A DNA stretch of 49,843 nucleotides, filler included, from Basidiobolus ranarum (taxonomy: Eukaryota), in assembly GCA_040143965.1 (NCBI GenBank). It is 2 parts of 2 records of this genome, joined end to end, with 100 filler letters (N's around TTAATTAATTAA, not from the genome) between each part and the next. Parts side by side here need not be neighbours in the genome. Positions count along the whole stretch, not along the records: positions 25,003 to 49,843 come from JASJQH010007022.1; 1 more part is not named here. One strand, given 5' to 3'. Positions 31,940-42,278 of this stretch are shown here, piece by piece (the first letter of the stretch is position 1; each line of letters opens with the position of its first letter). The translations under genes were made by a program, and so were the position numbers. Under the pieces are notes generated by a model. It had not been told where the DNA came from, made no database searches, and saw only the letters and a list, made by a program, of their open reading frames with translations.

Positions 31940-34900
31940 ATGAATACGAAAGCGGCGAATACTAATGATATAGGTTCTTCTTTAACCCAGAAAGCCCCGA
32001 CCGAGCCTTTGATAAAGATATATAAGAAATATATTCTTGTAGTAATACTTTGTATATGGATTTTATTGACGAACATTGGGGGAATCTATTTATTCACCCG
32101 GGGTTTTTTACTTAGTCGGAAAGTACTTGATAATCAAAGCGAGTGTGAAGTAACTCCACTTGCTGGGCGTAGCCCCGCTTATGTAAATGCTGGGTCAGAT
32201 GCATGTTGGCACAAGCCCACCTTTAAGAAAGCGGTAGTGATCGTCATTGATGCATTGAGATTCGATTTTGCCGTTTATAACGAGACAAATAGTGAACCAG
32301 CCTATTATCAAAATAAGCTACCCATTATAGAAAAGTATTTGAAAGAGCAGCCGGAGAATTCTTTTTTATTTCAATATATAGCCGATCCTCCAACCTCTAC
32401 GCTTCAAAGATTGCAGGCTTTAACAACCGGGAGTCTACCCACATTTATTGATGTTGGCAATAATTTTGCTGGTTCAGCCGTACTTGAAGATAACCTTATG
32501 GATCAGCTAAAGAAACAAGGGAAAAGGATCACCTTCATGGGGGATGACACCTGGGTAACTATCTTCCCTGAAGTGTTTCGGCCGAACCACACGTTCCCGT
32601 TCCCATCTTTCAATGTATTTGACTTGCACACCGTAGATAATGGAATTCTATCCAGATTGGAGGACACCATTAATGGAGATGAATGGGATGTGCTAATTGC
32701 TCACTTCTTGGGAGTGGATCACTGTGGACATAGATTTGGCCCTAATCATCCGTCAATGAGTCAGAAGCTCACTGAAATGAACCAAATGATTGAAACCACT
32801 TTAAACCAAATTGACGATGAGACTGTGGTCTTAATTATGGGAGATCATGGTATGGACGCTAAAGGCGACCATGGTGGTGATAGTCCCCTGGAGGTCCAGT
32901 CAACATTATTTGTACACAGTCGAAAAGAAAGAAACTCTGCAAGACAACGCCAATTGTTGAATGAAGTGCATGGGGCCCTCAAGAGTTTGGATGACCACGA
33001 CCGTGACTGGGAGTCCTATACAAAGGAGTCTGATGGAGCCCATCGCACCATACCACAAATAGACTTTGTTCCTACTTTGTCGTTTCTCCTGGGCATTCCG
33101 GTGCCGTTCAACAATCTTGGAGCGGTGATTCCGGAGCTCTTTATACACACTGACGATGGGAGTGTTGGCAGTGGATTAAAGAACTTGCTTCAAATTACTC
33201 GAGTAAATGCACATCAGGTGTATCAATACGTACATGAGTACGCTCGTTTCTCAGCGGCATTTTCAGCTGAGGTTCTCAGTACGCTGGATTCTCTTTTTGA
33301 CCAGGCCGAAGTTGCTTTCGCTAATTTAGGAGACGATGAAATTGATAGCAGTAATTTCCAGAATGTATTTGTACTCTATAACCAATTTCTGCGGTATACG
33401 CTGAAGGCTTGTCGTCACATCTGGGCCCAATTTGACCTTACTTTGATTTCCATTGGCATTGGAGTTCTCCTTGCAGGTGTACTCTGTATCTTCATGCAAT
33501 TGCGCCGTAACACCAAACGCACAATATTCGATGTCCAGAGCTCGACCCTCATCAACATCGGGTTTGGTGCCTTTGCCGGGCTATTCCTTGGCGCAGCTGG
33601 ATTCTTAAAATCAGTTCCGTTCCTTGCCACCGATTTAGACATCTCCAATGCAGACTACTCTTTAATGGGGACATGCTTTGGCTCAATATGTGGATATTTA
33701 TTCGATCTCATCACTGCGGGATTCCCGGTACATCTTAACATTCCCACCTCCGGCACCTTCATCGGGATTGTTTTTGCTGTGATGCAGTGTCTGTTCTACA
33801 CATCAAACAGCTTTATTGTTCAAGAAGACAAGATCATCTTGGGCTTGCTACAGACGTTTGGAGCTATCGTGTTGATTCGCGCCTTGTCCATCAGCAATAT
33901 TGAAGCTCGATTGAGATTGATTTTCTTCGCGGTTACGTTCCTGATCATCAATAGAATTACTGGGTATTCCACCATTTGCCGTGAAGAGCAAGCGCCTTAC
34001 TGTGTGCCAACCTTTTATTCGGAAACGACCTCGACTGTTTCATCGCCACTGGTGATCGCAGTCCACTTCGCATTCTCCGTATTGATACCGTTTGTGTTTA
34101 AAGATGTTTACAGCCGAACCAAGAACTTCAATGATGTTGCAGTCATTTGGCTAAACTACGGTTTGAGATGCGGTCTATTAATATCGTCGACGTACTGGGC
34201 ATTGGATACCACCGAAACAACCAGCAATACTAACTACGGAATGCTTAAGCAACTGACCATTAGGTTTGGATTTGGCATTGCACTCATAGTCGGGATGAGT
34301 TGCTGGTATACCAATCCGGTATGTGTAGATGTTAAGGTGTTTAATACTCCCGGTGAATCTTCAGCTCAGAACAAGCCCGATGTGATCCAGAAACCCAACC
34401 GTACTGTCGTGGTATATGGATACTCCAATGCATATGGAAGCGCATACTTCCTCTTTGTCACCATCGTGTATCTATTCCTTGTCTTGGTACAAAAACCAAT
34501 GGGTGGCATCATGCTTGGTCTAGCAATGGTCCAGATAATCTGTACCCTGGAGATGTTTGATGTGGTTCGAGACCATGGCTTATTGTCCAAGAAATCTCGA
34601 ACTCCTCAACAGGAAATGAGCCACCCGCTTCCCTACCCAGGCTTTCTGGAAGCATGTGTGTTTGGGCTGTTGGGGCTCTTCTACTATTACGCAACTGGTC
34701 ATCAAGCCACTCTGGCATCCATTCAATGGTCAACTGCACTTATAGGATTAAGTGAAGCGAACTATCTTATCTCGCCAATACTAGTCTTCTGCAATACATT
34801 TGCTAGTCCCATCTTGTTCTCGATTGCCGTACCACTGGTGGTATTCTGGAAGGTGCCACCAAACAGGAGTAACAATCTGCCATTCTTCGGCACTCTAGGA

Positions 34901-35137
34901 AGACTTGTTTTCCAAAACTACCTCTACATGAGTCTAACCACACTAGTGATGGTCATTTCCGTGGCCGGATTTAGAAGACATTTAATGGTTTGGAAAGTGT
35001 TTGCGCCTAGGTTTATGCTGGCGGGGGTGACATTGATTACTTGTGAAGCCTTGCTGGTGGTTGTGGGGTTGATCTTCATTGGCTATAAAACCTTAAATGA
35101 GGTTCGATCCTTCTTTGGGCTAAGAAACTATCAATAG
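31940..35137 (+). CDS. GPI13: GPI ethanolamine phosphate transferase 3 (PIG-O/Gpi13)
   Basis: Intronless 1065 aa with VIDALRFDF, ADPPTSTLQRL...TTGSLPTF, FMGDDTW, DLHTVD, HFLGVDHCGHRFGP, MGDHGMD...GDHGG, TGHQAT, RRHLMVWKVFAPRF. Confidence 0.96.
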   Translation: MNTKAANTNDIGSSLTQKAPTEPLIKIYKKYILVVILCIWILLTNIGGIYLFTRGFLLSRKVLDNQSECEVTPLAGRSPAYVNAGSDACWHKPTFKKAVVIVIDALRFDFAVYNETNSEPAYYQNKLPIIEKYLKEQPENSFLFQYIADPPTSTLQRLQALTTGSLPTFIDVGNNFAGSAVLEDNLMDQLKKQGKRITFMGDDTWVTIFPEVFRPNHTFPFPSFNVFDLHTVDNGILSRLEDTINGDEWDVLIAHFLGVDHCGHRFGPNHPSMSQKLTEMNQMIETTLNQIDDETVVLIMGDHGMDAKGDHGGDSPLEVQSTLFVHSRKERNSARQRQLLNEVHGALKSLDDHDRDWESYTKESDGAHRTIPQIDFVPTLSFLLGIPVPFNNLGAVIPELFIHTDDGSVGSGLKNLLQITRVNAHQVYQYVHEYARFSAAFSAEVLSTLDSLFDQAEVAFANLGDDEIDSSNFQNVFVLYNQFLRYTLKACRHIWAQFDLTLISIGIGVLLAGVLCIFMQLRRNTKRTIFDVQSSTLINIGFGAFAGLFLGAAGFLKSVPFLATDLDISNADYSLMGTCFGSICGYLFDLITAGFPVHLNIPTSGTFIGIVFAVMQCLFYTSNSFIVQEDKIILGLLQTFGAIVLIRALSISNIEARLRLIFFAVTFLIINRITGYSTICREEQAPYCVPTFYSETTSTVSSPLVIAVHFAFSVLIPFVFKDVYSRTKNFNDVAVIWLNYGLRCGLLISSTYWALDTTETTSNTNYGMLKQLTIRFGFGIALIVGMSCWYTNPVCVDVKVFNTPGESSAQNKPDVIQKPNRTVVVYGYSNAYGSAYFLFVTIVYLFLVLVQKPMGGIMLGLAMVQIICTLEMFDVVRDHGLLSKKSRTPQQEMSHPLPYPGFLEACVFGLLGLFYYYATGHQATLASIQWSTALIGLSEANYLISPILVFCNTFASPILFSIAVPLVVFWKVPPNRSNNLPFFGTLGRLVFQNYLYMSLTTLVMVISVAGFRRHLMVWKVFAPRFMLAGVTLITCEALLVVVGLIFIGYKTLNEVRSFFGLRNYQ

Positions 35138-35222
35138 CGAGTAAGGACTAAGAACATGAAATAATGAAAATAGAATCCAAGCTATCTTCTGTGCTTTCCA
35201 TATGATTTATTAAAATGTACTA

Positions 35223-35292
35223 TTTATTGATCACTCGAGTACTTAGGTAGTCTCCAGTTTTTATTGATCACCCGAGTGCTTGAGTAGTCTCC
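35223..35292. repeat. Imperfect 33-bp direct repeat (period 37), followed by (CCTCT)n
   Basis: tttattgatcactcgagtacttaggtagtctcc (35223-35255) versus tttattgatcacccgagtgcttgagtagtctcc (35260-35292). Confidence 0.8.
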
Positions 35293-35826
35293 TCTCCTCT
35301 CCTCTCTATTCATTGATATTCGAGCAATGCTGCTTTGTTGTCATTATGGGTGTGGTGATAGCAGAAACAAGCATCAATAACACAAGGAGGGATCTGGTTG
35401 GTTAGAATATTATGATCGAGATCTTTAAAGTATTATCGATATATTGAAATACCAGTGATTAAATTAGCATATTAACGTCGCAATTACCCTACCAATATAT
35501 CGCATGCTGAATCGAGCATCAATCGATGGGTGGCATATGCATTGGAAGATGTTTGTCAAGAATATTAATGTGAATACTTCATTTCCCAATGTTTGTCCCT
35601 TGAGTGTTTGAGTTGTACAGTGGCGAAGAGATGCTAACTTTATTGTTTCGTTAATCTTCTACAATAGTTAAGATTTCTCCATTTCGTATTTTTTCCACTC
35701 AATTGATTCTCCCAAAATATATATTCTCTTTTCGTATTAACCCAACATTTCAAAACACTCTTATATACAAACGTACTTTATATCCACTTAGCTTAGTGTG
35801 TGTAGATCAGTCAGACTTTCAAACAA

Positions 35827-38800
35827 ATGTCTGCGCTTCTCGAACTAGACAAATTTCTTTCCAATCTAAAAAACCCTGGTATGAACACTGAAACTATAAA
35901 CAACATGACAGATTTTCTCCGATTTTTACTCAACTCCCATATATTTTACCCAACTTTCTCAACAAGTTCTTGACAAGAAGATTTTAGCCCTCGCTACTTT
36001 TGAACAAGCCAACCGTGACTCAAAACAAGAGTTCGAGGTATGTGACAACCTAACGAATAGTTTGATAACTTATGCGACCCTTACAAAATAAACTCAATTT
36101 CGCACGACAGTGGATTTAATCATATTCTTTTTCTCTTACTCTTAGTCTAAACAACTCGATGAGACGGTCGATGCGCTAATACATACGGTCAAGTCCCCGC
36201 AAATGAACCTCTGCCTTGCGGGGCTTTCTGCTACGGGTGCTCTTTTATATCAGTTCGAAGTATATTATCCCGCATATCTCAAACCTTATGCACCTTTACT
36301 CTTTCCTCATCTACTTGATCGCCTTGGTGATTCTAAGGAGAAAGTTAGAGAAGGTGCACTTAACGAACTAGTTGAGTTGTGGAAGACTGCCAGTTCCTTA
36401 CCTGACTCGCAGAACAATTCTCAGAAAAATTATGGAAAGGCTGCCGCTTTATATTTTGAAAAAGAAATGAAAACTCACGGGTTTAGTCATAAGACCTGGA
36501 GAGTTCGGGAGCAGGTAATGAATTTCGGATTTTATACTCGTAAGAAGTCGCTAACATCTGTGAATATTTGTATTGTTCTTAGGTTTTATCGTGGGTAGCC
36601 CAATGTGTCAACTCGATTCCTGACTTCAGTCTTAAGCCGTATGTCCCTTTCATGGTTAAACTTCTTGAAGATCCTCATGATTCCGTCCGAGAGGCCAGTA
36701 AAGAGGCTTTGGTCGTTCTATTTTCGTAAGTTTCTTGTAAATCTACCCAAGATCCCCCAAGGGTCGTTTGGAATAAAAACACCTAATATGATATTGAATA
36801 TCTTCTTTCCTGTAGATCGAGCCCTCTTCGTATGAGACATGACCTTGCCAAAGAACTTCAGAAACATAACATCCGTGGTACAATTGTTGACTCTATTTTA
36901 GCTAAGATTGAGGCCAATTCCAATTCAATCAGTTCTTCACGTCAAACGTCCGAAATTGAGTTACCTCAGAGCAATTCAATGGAACATGATATCGAAAATA
37001 ATGAACAGCAGGAGAAGTGGGAGATTGACTCTTCAACTACAGCAGAAGGTGATATATCACCACCGAATGGCAAAATCCATTCCGAAGTGAGTAAACCAAC
37101 TGCTCCAGCTATTAATACTGATAACGATGTCGAAATAGTGCATGTGTACAATTCGAAGGACCTCGAGAGCGAATTCTCCAATCTCCTACCCATTTTTAAA
37201 GGAAAGGAAACTGAGGATAACTGGGAATCTCGCGATCGCGCCTGGCAAAGACTGCGAGGAATCGTTCGTAGCGACGCACCAACTAGATATCAAAGTACTA
37301 TGGTCAATGGATTGCGAAGTGTCATGACACCAATAATGGACACATTGCACACTCTACGTACTTCACTGGCCCTGTCCACACTTAGCCTCGTCAATGATCT
37401 TTCTCACTATTTAGGGACTATGCTAGATCCTCATTTGGATCTTCTTCTTGGAAACCTGCTAAAACTAAATACGCAAACCAAGAAACTGGTAGCTCAAGCC
37501 TCTTTTGAGACGACTTGCTTATTGCTTCGCACAACATCCTACAATCATCGAACTTTAAATGTCATTACTATGGCAATGACTGATAAAAACGTTCAATTAC
37601 GTGGATTTGTTGTTGGATACCTGAAAGTTTTGTTGGAAGTGTTCGGTAACAAACGAGAGTTGTTTGAAAAGAATCATGGTATAGATTCCATTGAAGGTTG
37701 CATACGCAAAGGTGTAGTAGATGCCAGCCCTCAAGTTAGAGAAAATAGTCGAGAACTCTTTTGGGCATTCTGGAACATATGGAGAGCTAAAGGTGAAAAT
37801 TTGAAAAAGCAATTTGATTCTAGTACTCAGAAACAGTTGATACGTATGCGAGGCCAAGAAACAACTGATCTCTCACGCTGCCAATCTCCTGCAGCTGCTT
37901 CTACCTCAAGCCAAAGCAGTCGTAATAAATCTGGTCCTCGAATTGATATAACATCCCATGATGGAAGAGGACCTCCCAAGCGTAAAGCAAACCAGAATGA
38001 GGGATTATCTCTACCGAAGAGCCCAATCCCATCGAAACTACCTTCACCCACTTCAATGAATATACCTCGACTAGCCTCCCATGATGGCTCTAGCTTGACT
38101 TATTTCACCGAAAATAGCTTGGCTGCTCCAAGAGTACTACCACGAAGTACGTCGTCGATGTCTTTTACTCAGAGATGCGTTTCTCCCAAACTTGCGTCTC
38201 CTACCGGACACCCCCGTCGAGCTCAAACTCCATCATTTTCTCCTCCTTCAGCACACAGACTAAGATCAAAAACTCCTACTTTGTCACCACCAGGTGCTTC
38301 GAGGACGTTACGCTTAAATACGCCCACACTCACCCCACCTCGTACGTCGGCTGCACGGCCTCGCTCTCCTGGGATCGCTTCCCCAACTGTAGCAGGGAGA
38401 CGGACACCTGGTATACCCTCACCAAGTCGCCCTAATACCCCTTATATATCGGGACAGCGATCTGGTGCAGCTAGACCAATGACACCTGGAAACGTAGGAA
38501 CCGCATCGTATCTAAACAGACCTAATACTCCCCAAAATTCGTACGCACGCTCAAATACGCCTTCCAGATTGGCATCTCCTACGGTATCTACCAAATCCAA
38601 ACTTCCAAAGCCCACAACTATTGCACGCCCTGGAACGGTTTTCTCCAGACCTACCACGCCTCAAACTCTTCACCCGTCACCGCCACCATCATCCACAGGA
38701 TCATCCTCGCCTCGCAGAAGGTTTGGGACTGGGATGCCTAGTCGCCTTGATTATCAACTACGAAAGCTTTCTGTGATAGAACAGTTGAAGCACAGTGACT

Positions 38801-41144
38801 ATACTATCAGAACTGCGGGTATCAATAATCTATATCACATGTATACTTCCTCCCCCAATCCGACCGATATTTCACCGCCCCCTGGAAGTAAGACAGAGAA
38901 CAAATCACTTCCATCTCCACGAGTCCTAGCGCCTATTCTACTGACTTTATTCAGTGATACTCATCCCAAGGTGGTTGCGCAACTGGTCAGAACTGAAGTG
39001 ATGGATGTAATGACTCGAATAATCCCGTTGGAGCAACTTTTCCTGGCCGTTCTAAGCCAAAGCATGTCCCTCTCTTCCAATGAAGATACTCAGATCAATC
39101 ATCCAGCCCTTCCTATGCTCAAAGCGATTGTACCGGAAGATCAGGCACTTGATATACTTTGCATGACACTTCAAATCCTAAAGACTCCGGGAGGTTTACG
39201 AAACTCCGTCGCCTCATTAAGTAACATGACCACCGCCGAAAGAAAAAAGAGCGTTGTACGTGTTCTTACTTGGATGGGTGAGATTGCTGAACATGCATTA
39301 ATCTGGCAGAATGACCATATCCATGATGATGACGACGAAGATGAGACTATGTTCAGTGATAGAACTAGCATTGGAGAGAAAGCGTACCTCTACTTTTTAC
39401 AAGAGAAGAACATGAGGCACTACCTGTCTAAAATGCTTCCCTATTTGGGGTCTGTCCCTTCCACAGCACCAACATACCCATTACTCATTGATTTGATTAG
39501 AAAATTGATGCAACTGACGCCTGATATCTTTACCAGCGTATTGATCGAATGTGAACCAGCGGTAATTGAAAAACTAGAGATTGCTTTCGGTGGAACCTCC
39601 ATATACCCTAACAACAGCATTTACCATGAGAGCAAAGATGCTAATGAAGAAAACAATGTCGGATTTGTGGCCGGGGTTGACGGGAAAGTCGAGGAAGTTG
39701 GGAATAACAATTTATTAGGTTTGAAAAACTTTGAAAACAACCCAGACTCTATTCGAATCACCACTACCTCTAATATGCTAGCTAATCGTCTTGACGCAAT
39801 TAAGCTGGTACGTACTGCTAGTGCCTATGTATGCCTTTGCTGATGCTAATTATTGGATATTGATATAATAGGAATTAGAGCGTGATGAGGATCGTTTCGA
39901 GTCAAAGCTAAGTGAAGGCATCCCCCCGTCTTCTAATGAAATTGATTACTTCAATAGTGCAAATGGAAGTATTTCCCAAGTGATTCCCAAGTCAACCAAC
40001 AACTCCGATGCGAACTCACATCCGTGGAGTGACTCTCATGCCTCTGGCTTTCCAGATCGTAGACCAAGTGCATTTAAGCCCTCAGAAGAAGGTCGGTATT
40101 GGTTTTGGACATGTTTCTAGACGTATATGATTTAACGCCTTCCAATGAATAGAAGTTTCTTCGCCTTTCCCACCATTAGTCAATGAGCGCTACCAAATGG
40201 TCACCACTCTAATCTCTCGGCTAGGAACTGGTAATGCCGATTCGTTCACTTTTAGGAAGTTAATTCGTGCCTCCAGAGAGACTTCTACCGAGGAAAACCC
40301 TAGAGAGGCGCACGAGGTTTGGGGACAACATGGGATGTTCCATAATGTCATCACTGCTGTCCTCAGCTTTTTGCAGGGACCTTACGTATGTTGATTTCAG
40401 CTTGAATTACTACCATCTTGAATTTACATACTAAAAGATCGCTGATTGTTTAGCATCCTGAACAAAAAGAAAACTGTCTTTTGTTTGTCAAGCACTTACT
40501 TATGAATCAGGCCGCCTTTTTCCAGCCCTACGTTCGGGAGATCTTTAACCAACTGATGGATTGTAGAGCTAATGAATGGAACGAGGTAAGGGTTACTTCT
40601 CTGTGGTGATTTCTTGGATCCTTCATTTATGCCATGCCATTATGATTTCTAGGTGTGTAGTGCCGCTGAAGATGCATTGGATACTTTTGTGGCATATATG
40701 GAATATCATATAGCATTGGAGGTCACCTCTGAATGGCTGGATAAAGCGCTGAATGTAGAAGAAACTAATCCAACTGCTCACCAAGCGTGGTCTTCTGGAC
40801 CAAATCCCTTGGCCACCGCTTTCGATATAATCTCCCGATTAATTCGCCGCTATTCCGAGGAAGAAACATCCACATTGGCTAAAGAAGTGATGCCGTTGGT
40901 TATTAAGGTTTTTGTCTACCACATACTTTCTTTTTCTGTTGAGTCCTAGCAATATTAACGGTACATTTAGGGATTTCATGATTCGAGGCCTGAAGTGCGG
41001 AAGTCAGTGGTGGAAGTGGTTGTCTCACTTTATGATATTTGTGATCAATGGGTTATAGACGACTCGGTTATGCCAGACTTGACTCTATCACAAAGGAAAT
41101 TGGTCACATCTTATCTAGAGTTGAGTGGTAGCCATAGATTCTAA
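35827..41144 (+). CDS. STU1: CLASP-family microtubule-associated protein (TOG/HEAT repeats), Stu1-like
   Basis: TOG1 (LLDRLGDSKEKVRE, GFSHKTWRVREQ), CLASP_N (KETEDNWESRD, TLRTSLA, DASPQVRENSRELFW), S/P/R-rich linker, C-terminal HEAT exon GFHDSRPEVRKSVV...QRKLV ending TAA 41142-41144. Confidence 0.9.
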
Positions 41145-41518
41145 CTTTGTTGATTAATCTAAGTGTCGATGCAATTTCTCACCTGTAACTTGGAGTTGAA
41201 CTTTAGCAAGAGCTATCCATTAGTACGCTATTTTCACTGCGCCATTAGTACGCTTCTCATTATAAGTATATGTTTATAGTTACGGTCCAACCTTTCGTCA
41301 GCCACCTTTGCATCAATCAATTACTATGTGACTTCCCTCCCTCTCTTCCCACTTCCACACTCTCTTTCCTTGACTATCACTTTTCTGAATGATTCTTTCT
41401 TATTCACCAAACAATTATTACATCTAAACCATATGTAGAACAATCTCAACCTTCTCTTTTCACTAATACTTTACGTTAATATCAAGTTGTACTAATTGAA
41501 ATATAGCTGTGAAATATA

Positions 41519-41541
41519 CCTAACCCTAACCCTAACCCTAA
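41519..41541 (+). repeat. Interstitial telomere-type repeat CCTAA(CCCTAA)3
   Basis: cctaaccctaaccctaaccctaa seen directly. Degenerate copies near 41591-41610 and 41820-41830. Confidence 0.85.
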
Positions 41542-42095
41542 TATCCACTTTTGTATCTTTCTCCTGCCTAGTATCAACCAACCTCCCTCAACCCTATCCC
41601 TAGCCCTAAATGACTATATGGTAGATTTTACTAGAATGACTAACCTGAACCTCATCATCCTCATCCCCATCCTCATCCTGCTTGCTGGAGTCCTACTATT
41701 CCTCGCCTCCTAGTCATCGTACTAACTAAGAAAAATGAATTCTAAATAGAGAAATAGTATTAGATCTCCCTCCTTATCTCCCCTCGAGATTACCAATCAG
41801 GATTCGCCGAACCATCAAACCTAACCCTAGATACTACGATTCGTTATGCTGGAAAGTTACCATTACGAATAAAGTTGAATTAACAGCTCACTTTGATTGG
41901 GTGGTAGCATATGACATAAATTACCACTACTAGTTCGCTGACCATCGTACCAATTATATACTTGGCACCAATATATGTCGTAATCTCTATGACTTTTCTG
42001 TCAATTACTCAATCCACATTTCCATGAATATTATATTACCACCCAAATCCCCACGTGGTAGTCGTGATTTCAAAAATTAAATGCACGAGTTTAGG

Positions 42096-42146
42096 TGAAG
42101 ATTCTTGGTCTTTCTGGAAGGATCCACCTCAGGAGAGATTATATAT
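42096..42146 (+). promoter_or_regulatory. Heat-shock element (phased nGAAn array) plus TATA-like box upstream of Hsp110
   Basis: GAA(42097)nnTTC(42102)nn[ggt]nnTTC(42112)nnGAA(42117): 4 of 5 correctly phased pentamers. TATATA at about 42140, ATG at 42279. Confidence 0.65.
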
Positions 42147-42278
42147 GTGGAGTTGGTAACCAGCTAATTTCCTTGATAATTCTAACTTTTTTTTCGCAAA
42201 GTTATTTTTTTTTCGACTGTATAATTTCCCCTATTTTACGCTTTTACTCTCCTTTGTTGCGTAGACTTTACACACATC

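Noticed and set aside
32383-32415. ADPPTST instead of the usual ADPPTTT in GPI13
   Set aside because: The Thr aligned with the presumed nucleophile is retained and the change is conservative.
35223-35292. Short direct repeats here and at 46484-46557 and 46660-46697 considered as CRISPR-like arrays or MITE ends
   Set aside because: Only 2-2.5 copies, no spacers, no terminal inverted repeats or target-site duplications. Consistent with slippage duplications.
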